Below, in pieces: positions 42,772-51,757 of a stretch of DNA of 64,000 nt. Each line of letters opens with the position of its first letter. Within the stretch, counting starts at the first letter, position 1. The notes beneath the pieces are model-generated. The model made no database searches. It was given only the letters and a program-made list of their open reading frames with translations, and was not told the origin of the DNA. The stretch is taken from NCBI GenBank assembly GCA_963743795.1, contig CAVUQZ010000004.1, positions 237,992-301,991 of the forward strand, in the 5' to 3' direction. The DNA is from an uncultured Chloroflexia bacterium (lineage in GTDB: Bacteria; Chloroflexota; Limnocylindria; Limnocylindrales; CSP1-4). The position numbers were made by a program, and so were the translations under genes.

Positions 42772-44022
42772 ATGCCGATCTACCTGGACCACGCCGCCAC
42801 GACCCCGCTGCGGCGAGAGGCCCTCGAGGCCATGCTGCCGTGGCTGACCGAAGGATTCGGCAATCCCTCATCGGTCCACACGCTGGGACGGCGGGCTCGG
42901 GCGGGTCTCGACGAGGCTCACGAGCGAGTAGCTCGTGCCATCGGAGCCACTCCCCGCGAGGTCGTCTTCACTTCCGGCGGGACTGAAGCCAACAACCTTG
43001 CCGTCAAGGGGGCTGCCTGGGCCGGCAAGGCGCGCGGACATCGAATCATCACGAGCTCGGTCGAGCATCACTCCGTGGGCCATACGGTCCGGTACCTGGA
43101 GAAGTTCGGGTTCGAGATCGTGGAGCTGCCGGTGGATCGCTACGGCCGCGTGGATCCCGACGACGTGGAAGCGGCCATCACGCCCAAGACGATCCTGGTC
43201 AGCATCATGCTGGCCAACAACGAGGTCGGCACCATCCAGCCGATCGCCGCGATCGCGGAGCGGGTGCGAAGTCACAGGGGAATCCTGTTCCACACAGACG
43301 CGGTGCAGGCGGCTCCGTACATGGAGCTGGATGTCCGTGCACTGGACGTGGACTTGCTCTCGATAGCCGCGCACAAGTTCGAGGGCCCCAAAGGCATGGG
43401 CGCCCTGTACGTCCGGCACGGCACCAACGTCCTGGCGCAGCAGCAAGGGGGAGCGCAGGAGCGGTATCGCCGGGCGGGCACGGAGAATGTCGCCGGAGCG
43501 GTTGGGATGGCGGCTGCGCTGGAGCTTTCCGTGGCCGAGCGCCCGATCACCGTTCCCCGGCTCGGCGCCATGCGGAAGACGCTCGCCAGGCACCTGCGCA
43601 GTCTCGAGGTCGTGCAGGAAACGGGGCACCCGACCGAGCGGCTGCCGGGGCTGCTGTCGGTGGTGGCGAGCGGACTCGACGGCAACGCCGTCACGATGGC
43701 CTTGGATCTGGCCGGCCTTGCCAGTTCAACCGGGTCGGCCTGCGTCAGCGGCTCCAACGAGACCAGCCACGTGCTGGCCGCGATGGGCTATCCGGAGGAC
43801 GAGGCCAGGGGAGCGCTTCGCTTCTCGATCGGTCGTTCCACCACGGCCGAGGAGATCGACGAGGCCGCTCGGATAATCGCCGACACGATCGGGACTCAAC
43901 GTGAGGCGGCGGCCAGGCTGGCGGCTCAGCGGGAAGCCGCTCTCTCGCACTCGACCGAGGCGCTGGCCGGCGCGGGATCGAGTTCGGCGGGGGTGCCGGG
44001 CCCGGATAGGACGGGCGGGTGA
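42772..44022 (+). CDS. Cysteine desulfurase (NifS/IscS class V aminotransferase)
   Basis: MPIYLDHAATTP start, SSVEHHSV, PLP lysine context SIAAHKFEGPKGMGALY, active-site loop SSTGSACVSG. Confidence 0.94.
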   Translation: MPIYLDHAATTPLRREALEAMLPWLTEGFGNPSSVHTLGRRARAGLDEAHERVARAIGATPREVVFTSGGTEANNLAVKGAAWAGKARGHRIITSSVEHHSVGHTVRYLEKFGFEIVELPVDRYGRVDPDDVEAAITPKTILVSIMLANNEVGTIQPIAAIAERVRSHRGILFHTDAVQAAPYMELDVRALDVDLLSIAAHKFEGPKGMGALYVRHGTNVLAQQQGGAQERYRRAGTENVAGAVGMAAALELSVAERPITVPRLGAMRKTLARHLRSLEVVQETGHPTERLPGLLSVVASGLDGNAVTMALDLAGLASSTGSACVSGSNETSHVLAAMGYPEDEARGALRFSIGRSTTAEEIDEAARIIADTIGTQREAAARLAAQREAALSHSTEALAGAGSSSAGVPGPDRTGG

Positions 44023-45131
44023 CTCGAGTTCTCGTCGCGATGTCAGGCGGCGTGGACTCGTCGGTGGCGGCGGCGCTGGTCAAGGCCAACGGCGACGAGG
44101 CAATCGGCGTGTGGATGCGCCTGAGCGAGGTTGCCGACAGCTACTCGGAGTTCAAGAGGAGCTGCTGTTCGCTCGACGCAGCCGAGGACGCGCGGCGAGT
44201 CGCGTCGCAGCTCGACATTCCCTTCTACGTCCTGAACCTGGAGCGTGAGTTCGAGGAGGGCGTCCTCCGGCCGTTTCTCGCCGCATACATGGGTGGCCGC
44301 ACACCGAGTCCCTGCGTCGACTGCAACAGCGTGGTGAAGTTCGGAGCGCTCATGGGCCGGGCTCGGTACCTCTACGGCTGCGATGCCGTCGCGACCGGCC
44401 ACTATGCCCGCGTGGCCGCTCCCGGAGCAGAAACGCCGGCGGCATACCGCCTCCTGCGAGGCCGCGATCCCCAGAAGGACCAGAGCTACTTCCTCTACGG
44501 CCTCGGTCAGGAGGAGCTGGCCCATACTCGCTTCCCCCTGGGTGAGATGGCCAAGCCGCAGGTTCGCGACGCCGCCCGGGCGCTGGGCCTGGCGACGGCC
44601 GACAAGCGCGACAGCCAGGAGATTTGCTTCGTGCCCAAGGGGAACTACCGAGACGTCCTGCGTGAGCGGGCCGGCTGGAAGGCCGAGCCCGGGCCGGTGA
44701 TAGACGTCGACGGAAGGCAGATCGGCGAGCATTTCGGCGCCGCCTCGTACACCGTCGGGCAGAGGCAAGGGACTGGCGTAGCAGTTGGCGAGCCGCGCTA
44801 CGTGTGGAAGATCGACGCGGACGCGAACACGATCAGACTCGGCCGCAGGACCGACCTGGAAACGCGCCTCTTCGATGTCGAGGAGGTCCACTTCGTTGCC
44901 GGCGCAGCCCCGGCGGGAACATCCGATGGGTTTCGGGCGGAGGTCCAGATAAGGCACCGGGGTCGGGTCGCCCCGGCCACTATCCTCCCGCGGGCAGCGG
45001 GTCGGTGGACGGTCCGGACAGACGAACCGGTCTGGGCGGCGGCGCCCGGGCAGGCCGCAGTTTTCTACCGAGGCGACGTGGTCCTGGGCGGCGGCCGCAT
45101 TTCCGGATCTCAATCCTCGGCCGCCGACTGA
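44019..45131 (+). CDS. mnmA: tRNA 2-thiouridine(34) synthase MnmA
   Basis: PP-loop VAMSGGVDSSVAA, catalytic Cys regions and DQSYFLY motif. The GTG start overlaps the upstream stop. Confidence 0.95.
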   Translation: MTRVLVAMSGGVDSSVAAALVKANGDEAIGVWMRLSEVADSYSEFKRSCCSLDAAEDARRVASQLDIPFYVLNLEREFEEGVLRPFLAAYMGGRTPSPCVDCNSVVKFGALMGRARYLYGCDAVATGHYARVAAPGAETPAAYRLLRGRDPQKDQSYFLYGLGQEELAHTRFPLGEMAKPQVRDAARALGLATADKRDSQEICFVPKGNYRDVLRERAGWKAEPGPVIDVDGRQIGEHFGAASYTVGQRQGTGVAVGEPRYVWKIDADANTIRLGRRTDLETRLFDVEEVHFVAGAAPAGTSDGFRAEVQIRHRGRVAPATILPRAAGRWTVRTDEPVWAAAPGQAAVFYRGDVVLGGGRISGSQSSAAD

Positions 45132-45203
45132 ACCCCGGTCCGATTCGGGGGATCGCGGCCGAGCCGCGGGTCCCTGCAGCGGCCGTCCTCCTATACTCGG
45201 GAC

Positions 45204-45491
45204 GTGTCCATCGGCCCGGCTCCGGTCCTAGCACTGCTGGTCGGCGGTTTCCACACCGCGCTGTTCGTATTTGCGCGCGGCAGGGCAGACGCTCGCGTCC
45301 TGCTCGTGCTGGTCGCCGCGGCTCTGGGCGCGTGGGCAGGCGATGCGACCGGTGGCAGGCTGGGCATCGACCCGATTCGGATCGGCGACTTCCACCTGAT
45401 CGCCGCCTCGGTCGTCGCCTGGGCCGGCATCACATTCGTGGCCGTGCTCTCCATCCTCGGTCCGGCTAACCAGGAGGAGCACCGCCGGTGA
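45204..45491 (+). CDS. Small hypothetical membrane protein (3 TMs)
   Basis: 95 aa, hydrophobic throughout (APVLALLVGGFHTALFVF, VLLVLVAAALGAWAG, LIAASVVAWAGITFVAVLSIL). Confidence 0.5.
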   Translation: MSIGPAPVLALLVGGFHTALFVFARGRADARVLLVLVAAALGAWAGDATGGRLGIDPIRIGDFHLIAASVVAWAGITFVAVLSILGPANQEEHRR

Positions 45492-45670
45492 TCGGACTCC
45501 TGCGAGCGGCGCTCCGACGGGAGTGGCGCCGGTCCGCCGACCCGAGACTCATTGGGTTCGCTCGAGGCCTCGCCGTCGGGGCGCTCGTGGGCGCCGCGAT
45601 CGCCGGATCGACGATCTGGAAGCGCCGCCCGTCGCGGAGTCCGCTTACCGAAGAAGGGGACCGAACCTAG
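45488..45670 (+). CDS. Small hypothetical protein with one hydrophobic segment
   Basis: 60 aa. The GTG start overlaps the upstream stop (GTGA). Contains GLAVGALVGAAIAG. Weak evidence. Confidence 0.3.
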   Translation: MIGLLRAALRREWRRSADPRLIGFARGLAVGALVGAAIAGSTIWKRRPSRSPLTEEGDRT

Positions 45671-47523
45671 GACAGGGCCGGGCGGTCGTTCCCCGCGCCG
45701 TGCGTCTGTGTCCACCGAGTCAGGGCGACGGCCATGGCCAGGAGCACCGCGATGGCCATGACATCAGATCCCTGGGCGCGGACCGCCCTGTATATGTCGC
45801 AGCCGAACGCCGTGGCGGCAATGACCCAGGCTGCGATGGCAGCCATGAACGTAGCGGCGAGGATTCTGGTCAGCTCGTCCCGGGCGGCGCGGTAAGTCCG
45901 CCACATGGCCCATACGGCTGCCGCGAAGACCACGACGAGGATGGATACGGCCGGTATGCCCAGCTCCGCAGCGACCTCAGGGAAGAGTGAGTGAGCGTGG
46001 TCGAGCTTGTCCTGCGCCGGGACGGGCTTGTATCCGCGATCCCAGTAGTAAGTACCGAATTCGTCAAGTCCCACGCCCAACAGGGGGTGGTCCAGAGCCA
46101 TTCGGACGCCACCCACGACCGCGTAGTAGCGCTCGGCCATGGATCCGTGACCGGCCAGCGTGGCGGGGTTCCACGAGTCGAACCGAGCCTCGCCGACGAT
46201 TCCAGTCATGACTGTCCGGTAGGCGCTATTGATGGGCGGGGCCACCTGCAAGACGAAGGCGGGCCAGGGGATGAAGACCGCGGACGCGGCAGCCAGGGCG
46301 GCGAACATGGCCATCCGGCGGCGCCAGGTCTTTACCAGCAGGAGCAGGAGCAAGGCCGTCCCGGCGGCCGTGGCCAGCCAGGCGCTCTTGGACAGCGAGA
46401 AGAAGAGCCCGGCAAGCGTTAACGCCAGAACTACGCCCAGGAAAGCCACCAATGGTGGGGAGAGGCGCAGGGCGCGTCGTGCGGCGAGCAGGCCGACCAC
46501 GAGCGGCACGACCATGGCCACGATCACGCCGAAGAGACCTACGTTGAAGTACGTTGCCCAGGCAAACGCGAGCCGATGTTCCGCCAGAGCGGTTATCGAC
46601 CGGAACTCGGACAGCGACTGCACGAAGTTGAGCGCACTGCCCAGGGCGATGGAGACGCCGAGGGCAGCCGCGACCAGGATCAAGTCCCTGCGACTCGGTC
46701 GCAGCCAGATGAGGATGGCGCCTGTCGCGACCGGCTCGATTATCCCGTGGAGCAGCACGGTAGCGCTGTTGATGGGATCGAGCGATACGAGCGTGGAGGC
46801 GATCGCCAGGCCGACGATTGCCAGGGCCCCAACCTCAACGAACCGATACGCTGAATATCGTTTCGTAAGGGCCCTTAGGTCGACCGCACGGCCACGGGCC
46901 ACGAGCCTCTCGGCTCGGCCGGGCGCCGGCGAGGAATGGATCCGAACGCGAGCCCTGGCCTGGAGCACGCAACCGACGATGAGGACTCCAACGAAGATGC
47001 TCTGGAAGATGACCTGCACTGGCCCGACCTGCCAGGCCATCTCGGACGTATTCCAGATGGGGGTGAGGGCGAGGACTGCAAGTAGTGCGGGCCAGGGCCG
47101 ATAGGCGCACAAGACCGCCACCGAGGCGGCGGTCAGCGGGACGAGGGCACGAACGGCCTGGACAGTCATGCCGGCGTGAATCCCCGTCAGGCGATGCTGG
47201 TTGAGAGCGGCTACGACCAGGACTGCCACGAACAGGAACGCGGTCGCAGCGAGAGGAACCAGCCGATCCGTCAGCGCGTTCGGGCGCGACAGCCGCACCA
47301 CCGCCGACTCGGGCCAGGCGGCCGCGGTTCGGAGCACAGGTTGACTGAGTGGCCTTTGTTCCGATTCTTCCAAAACGAGTCCTACTAGCGTTCGCGCGAC
47401 AGCGAAACCCAGTGCAACGCGTTCTTGCCGACGTCGGCTGCCAACGACATGGCCATTCGGGGCTCTAGCCGGCGTCGTGACACAACCCAGGCTGTTGCCG
47501 ACCGGACACGCGTCGTGCGGCAA
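45667..47523 (-). CDS. O-antigen ligase (Wzy_C)-family polytopic membrane protein; start uncertain
   Basis: More than 10 predicted TMs. The loop LDHAHSLFPEVAAELGIPAVSILVVVF is typical of O-antigen ligase-like proteins. The true start is probably downstream of 47523. Confidence 0.7.
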   Translation of the reverse strand: MPHDACPVGNSLGCVTTPARAPNGHVVGSRRRQERVALGFAVARTLVGLVLEESEQRPLSQPVLRTAAAWPESAVVRLSRPNALTDRLVPLAATAFLFVAVLVVAALNQHRLTGIHAGMTVQAVRALVPLTAASVAVLCAYRPWPALLAVLALTPIWNTSEMAWQVGPVQVIFQSIFVGVLIVGCVLQARARVRIHSSPAPGRAERLVARGRAVDLRALTKRYSAYRFVEVGALAIVGLAIASTLVSLDPINSATVLLHGIIEPVATGAILIWLRPSRRDLILVAAALGVSIALGSALNFVQSLSEFRSITALAEHRLAFAWATYFNVGLFGVIVAMVVPLVVGLLAARRALRLSPPLVAFLGVVLALTLAGLFFSLSKSAWLATAAGTALLLLLLVKTWRRRMAMFAALAAASAVFIPWPAFVLQVAPPINSAYRTVMTGIVGEARFDSWNPATLAGHGSMAERYYAVVGGVRMALDHPLLGVGLDEFGTYYWDRGYKPVPAQDKLDHAHSLFPEVAAELGIPAVSILVVVFAAAVWAMWRTYRAARDELTRILAATFMAAIAAWVIAATAFGCDIYRAVRAQGSDVMAIAVLLAMAVALTRWTQTHGAGNDRPALS

Positions 47524-47712
47524 GCCTGCTCAGGCAGCTGTCCGGTCCACTGCGAGCCCGAGGACTGTCGCTGGAACCAACCAGACAGTCTCCGCCAGGC
47601 GCACCGGATGCTTGCCGATGATCCTGAGAGGAGGCTGAAACCTGTCCGAAATCGCGCCAACAGACTCTCGCGATGGTCGCGTGACCCGCGAGACGCCACA
47701 CCACGCCCGGTT

Positions 47713-47721
47713 TGGTACCGT
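47713..47721 (+). promoter_or_regulatory. Extended -10 (TGgTACCGT) 8 nt upstream of the alaS ATG (leaderless-type promoter candidate)
   Basis: Motif and spacing read from the sequence; the gap TAGCGGCG has no SD. Confidence 0.35.
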
Positions 47722-47729
47722 TAGCGGCG

Positions 47730-50470
47730 ATGCCTGAGTTGTCGATTCCGTATCTCACTGCGGCCGAAGTCCGACGACGCTACGTCGAGTTCTTCGTCGC
47801 GCGAGGCCATACTCGAGGTTCCGAGCATCTCGCTCGTGCCCGCCCGGCGACCAGACGCTTCTGTTCACCAACTCGGGGATGGTCCAGTTCAAAGACGTCT
47901 TGACCGGCCTCGACAAGCGCAGCTACGTCAAGGCGACCGACTACCAGCGCTGCTTGCGCGTGGCCGGCAAGCACAACGATTTCGAGGAAGTCGGCCGCAC
48001 TACGCGTCATCACACGTTCTTCGAGATGCTCGGCAACTGGAGCTTCGGCGACTACTTCAAGCGCGAAGCCATCCACCTGGCGTGGGAGCTACTGACCGAG
48101 GACTACGGGATCCCGGGCGAACACCTGGCTGCCACCATCTACACCGACGACGACGACGCCGTATCGAGTCTGGCACGAGGAGATCGGCCTGCCGCCCGAA
48201 CGTATCGCCCGCTGGGGCAACGTGGAGGCCGGCGACGACGCCAACTTCTGGCGTATGGCCGAGACCGGCCCATGCGGCCGATGCTCCGAGATCCACTTCG
48301 ACCGGGGTGCCGAGTTCAGCGAAGGGCCCCGACTGCGTCCCGGACCATTCGGAGAGCTGCCCGCGCTGGCTCGAGATATGGAACCTGGTCTTCATGGAGT
48401 TCGACCAGCGCGCGGACGGGACGCGGGTACCGTTGCCTATGCTTTCCGTCGACACGGGCATGGGACTCGAGCGGCTGACGAGCGTCATCCAGCAGGTCCC
48501 CACGAACTACGACACCGACCTGTTCACGCCCATCCATGCCGCCATGCGCGATCTGCTTGGCCACGACCCGGAGAGCTTCGAGGCCGAGCGGTTCAGCTAC
48601 CAGGTCATCGCCGACCACTCGCGGGCGATCACGTTCCTGATCGCCGACGGCGTGGCGCCTTCCAACGACGGCCGCGGCTACGTCCTGCGCCGCATCCTGC
48701 GTAGGGCGGTGCGGCACGGCCGCCTCCTCGGTCGGACGGAGCCGTTCATGGACGTGACGGCGAGCGTCGTCATCGACTTGATGAGGGACGCCTATCCGTA
48801 TCTCGGCGACCGGCGCGAGAAGATCCTCAGGACGATCCGCCAGGAGGAGACCCAGTTCGCCCGAACCCTGGAGACGGGCACGAGTCACCTCGACCAGGCT
48901 CTGGGTCCACTGACGACGGCCGGTCGGGTGATTGGGCGCCGCCCGGAGAGCTTGCCCGCGGACGCGCCTGTACTCCCGGGGGATGTGGCGTTCCGCCTCC
49001 ACGATACGTACGGGTTCCCCGTGGACCTGACCGTCGACATGGCCGCGGAATACGGCGTGCGCGTCGATCGCGACGGCTTCTCCGCCTCAATGGCCGAACA
49101 GAAGGTCCGGAGCCGGAAGGGCACCAAAGCGGACCTGGCGCGCCACGCCGAGCTGGACGACCTCTACCAGTCGATCCAGCGGCGGGTGGGAGAAACGGTG
49201 TTCCTAGGCTACGACGGAACCGAGGCCGAAGCCCGTGTGGTCGCGATACTGCGGGACGGCATGGAGTATCAGGAGCTGACAGGCCATGGCGAGGCAGAGG
49301 TAGTCCTGGACGCGACCCCGTTCTACGGCGAGGGCGGCGGGCAGGTTGGAGACAGCGGCGAGTTGCTGGAGGCGGGCGGCGGCAGTGCGTTGTTCAGCGT
49401 CGCGGACACGCAGAAGCCCATCGCGGGCCTGATCGTCCAGAGAGGCAGGCTCCACGGCAGGTTGCGAGTTGGCGAGACCGTCTCAGCCCGCGTCGACGCC
49501 GAGCGGCGGGCTCGCACAATGCGCAACCACACAGCCACGCATCTGCTCCACCGGGCCCTGCGCAACGTCGTCGGCGCCGAGGCGCACCAGGCCGGCTCGC
49601 TCGTCACGCCCGACTACCTCCGCTTCGACTACCCGATGGACCGTCCCCTCACGGCCGAGGAGAAGCGCGCCATCGAGGACGAGGTTCGCCGGGTGGTCCG
49701 AGAGAACCGGCCCGTAACGACCCGGATCCAGTCTATGGCCGACGCCATCGCCGCCGGCGCGGACGCGTTCTTCGACGAGAAGTACGGCGAGCAGGTTCGA
49801 ATCGTCAGCGTGGATCGCTACTCGCTCGAGCTTTGCGGGGGGACGCACTGCTCCGCTTCGGGACAGGTTGGCAGCTTCGTCATCACGGCCGATCGAAGCA
49901 TCGGAGCCGGGATTCGTCGGATCGAAGCCGTCACCGGGGACGGCGCGGACGCTCTCGTCCGCGAGCGGCTGGCGCTCCTGGAGCGCCTCGCCGAGGCGAT
50001 CGGCGCCGCGTCGCTGGAGGCTGCGCCGGATCGTCTGGCCGCCCTCCAGGACGAGCTGCGTGAGAGCCGCCGCCGGCTGCGCGCCGGTGGAAGTGGATTG
50101 CCCAAGCCGGCCGAGCTAGCCGCCGGAGCACAGGAGGTCGCACCCGGCGTCAGGCTGGTCGCCTATTCGGGCTCGTTCGACTCGCCCGAGCGGTGGAAGG
50201 GCTACGTCAAGGAGGTGCGGTCGGCCTTGGGGGACGGAGTCATTGCCGTAGCCCTGGACGCCGACGCTCCGCAGATCTTCGTGACCGTGAGTCCGGAACT
50301 CGTGGCTCGACGGCATCTCCGCCGGCGAGCTGGTCAGGGTCGCGATGAAGTCGATGGAAGGGCGCGGCGGCGGCCGTCCGGAGATGGCCCAGGGTATGGG
50401 GACCACCCGGGACGGGATCGCCTCGGCCATGGCGGCCATCGCGGATACACTTAGGAGGGCAGGCAAGTAG
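47730..50470 (+). pseudogene. alaS: Alanine--tRNA ligase interrupted by five +1 frame shifts (probably assembly indels; essential gene)
   Basis: Homology can be followed through frames 3>1>2>3>1>2, with switches near 47817, 47844, 48164-48168, 48327-48330 and 50308-50311. Recognisable segments: [108 protein letters not shown]-terminal DHHA1 end ...MAQGMGTTRDGIASAMAAIADTLRRAGK*. Confidence 0.93.
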
Positions 50471-50491
50471 CGCGGAGCTTGGGGAGCGGCG

Positions 50492-51754
50492 GTGGCGTTC
50501 TGGCGCAGGATCTGGGGCCACGAGGAGGAAACGACCCTTGCAGTCTGCACCGCCCTCGACATCGGTACAGAGTTCGCCAAGGCGCTGGTCTTCGAGGTAG
50601 ATGCCGCCGGACACGGCACAGTGCGAGGGGTCGGACGTAGGCGCCAGGGCCTGTCGCACATGCAATCCGGCACGGTGACGGACATCAACGCCGTCGTGGA
50701 CAACTGTTCGGTGGCGCTGCAGGAAGCCGAGGAAATGGCCGGCTTCCGGCCGACGCAGTGCGTGATCGGGATTGCCGGCGAGCTGGTGAAGGGCTTCACC
50801 ACGACCCATTCCCAGGAGCGCAGGAGGTCCGACGTCCCGATCACGGACGTGGAGCTCCAGAAGCTCATCAACGGCGTGCAGCGGGAAGCTCTTCGCGAGG
50901 CGGAGCGGGCGATCACCTGGGAGACCGGCCTGCCGCAGGTGGACGTCCGGCTGGTGCACGCGGCGGTCACGGGGGCACAGATCGACGGCTACCCGGTCAC
51001 CAATCCGGTCGCCTTCAAGGGTCGGCACGTCAAGATCAGCATCTTCAATGCGTTCGCGCCTCTGGTGCATTTGGGCGCGCTCCAGACCGTCGCGCAGCAA
51101 TTGGAGCTCGAGCTGTTGGAGATAGTCGCCGAGCCGTACGCTGTGGCTCGGGTCCTGGGTACCGAGCAGGTCCAGCAGTCTGGCGCCCTGTTCATCGACG
51201 TCGGCGGAGGCACGACGGACGTTGCTCTCGTCCGACACGGCGGCATAGAGGGAACGCGCATGTTCGCCCTGGGCGGTCGCGCGTTCACCAAGTCGATCGC
51301 AGACCGTCTCGACCTGCCGTTCCCCCGAGCCGAAGAGATGAAGCTCGATTACGCCAGGGGCCTGGCCGTCGAAAAGCGCTCGGACATGGAGCGGATCATC
51401 TCCGACGACGTCGCGATCTGGTCGGCAGGCGTGGAGCTCGTCCTGGAGGAGCTGGCGGCCGGCGATCTCCTGCCCGGCCGCGTGTATCTGTGCGGAGGCG
51501 GCTCGCACCTTCCGGAGATAGGCGCGATCCTGGCGACCGAGAAGTTCTGGAAGCGGCTGCCGTTCAGCCGTCCACCCGAGGTGATGGTCATGGCGCCCGG
51601 GCAGGTCGACCGGATCACAGACGGGACAAACCTGCTCGTCGACCAGCAGGATGTGACTCCGCTCGGGCTGGCCTATCAGGCCATCGAGCTCCATGCCAAC
51701 GAGGATCCCCTGGATGTCGCTTTGCGGCGCGTCCTCCGAGCGATGAAGATGTAG
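50492..51754 (+). CDS. FtsA/PilM-like actin-fold (ASKHA) ATPase with an amphipathic C-terminal tail
   Basis: Phosphate-1 ALDIGTEFAKALVFE, phosphate-2 LFIDVGGGTTDVALV, adenosine motif VYLCGGGSHLPEIG. Tail LDVALRRVLRAMKM. Confidence 0.85.
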   Translation: MAFWRRIWGHEEETTLAVCTALDIGTEFAKALVFEVDAAGHGTVRGVGRRRQGLSHMQSGTVTDINAVVDNCSVALQEAEEMAGFRPTQCVIGIAGELVKGFTTTHSQERRRSDVPITDVELQKLINGVQREALREAERAITWETGLPQVDVRLVHAAVTGAQIDGYPVTNPVAFKGRHVKISIFNAFAPLVHLGALQTVAQQLELELLEIVAEPYAVARVLGTEQVQQSGALFIDVGGGTTDVALVRHGGIEGTRMFALGGRAFTKSIADRLDLPFPRAEEMKLDYARGLAVEKRSDMERIISDDVAIWSAGVELVLEELAAGDLLPGRVYLCGGGSHLPEIGAILATEKFWKRLPFSRPPEVMVMAPGQVDRITDGTNLLVDQQDVTPLGLAYQAIELHANEDPLDVALRRVLRAMKM

Positions 51755-51757
51755 CGC

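Noticed and set aside
47712-47721. T-box-like core (UGGUACCG, with UGGU matching the A73 discriminator of tRNA-Ala) upstream of alaS. A GGUGGCGCC string at about 36562-36570 lies upstream of aspS.
   Set aside because: The motif lies only 10 nt from the alaS ATG. I could not build a Stem I/specifier loop or an antiterminator helix around either site. TGgTACCGT is better explained as an extended -10 element. 8-9-mers of this composition are expected by chance. An Infernal scan with RF00230 would settle it.
47730-50470. Programmed ribosomal frameshifting in alaS
   Set aside because: There are five separate sites with no shared slippery heptamer or downstream structure, several at simple G/C runs. 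No precedent is known to me for alaS. Indel error or decay is far more parsimonious.
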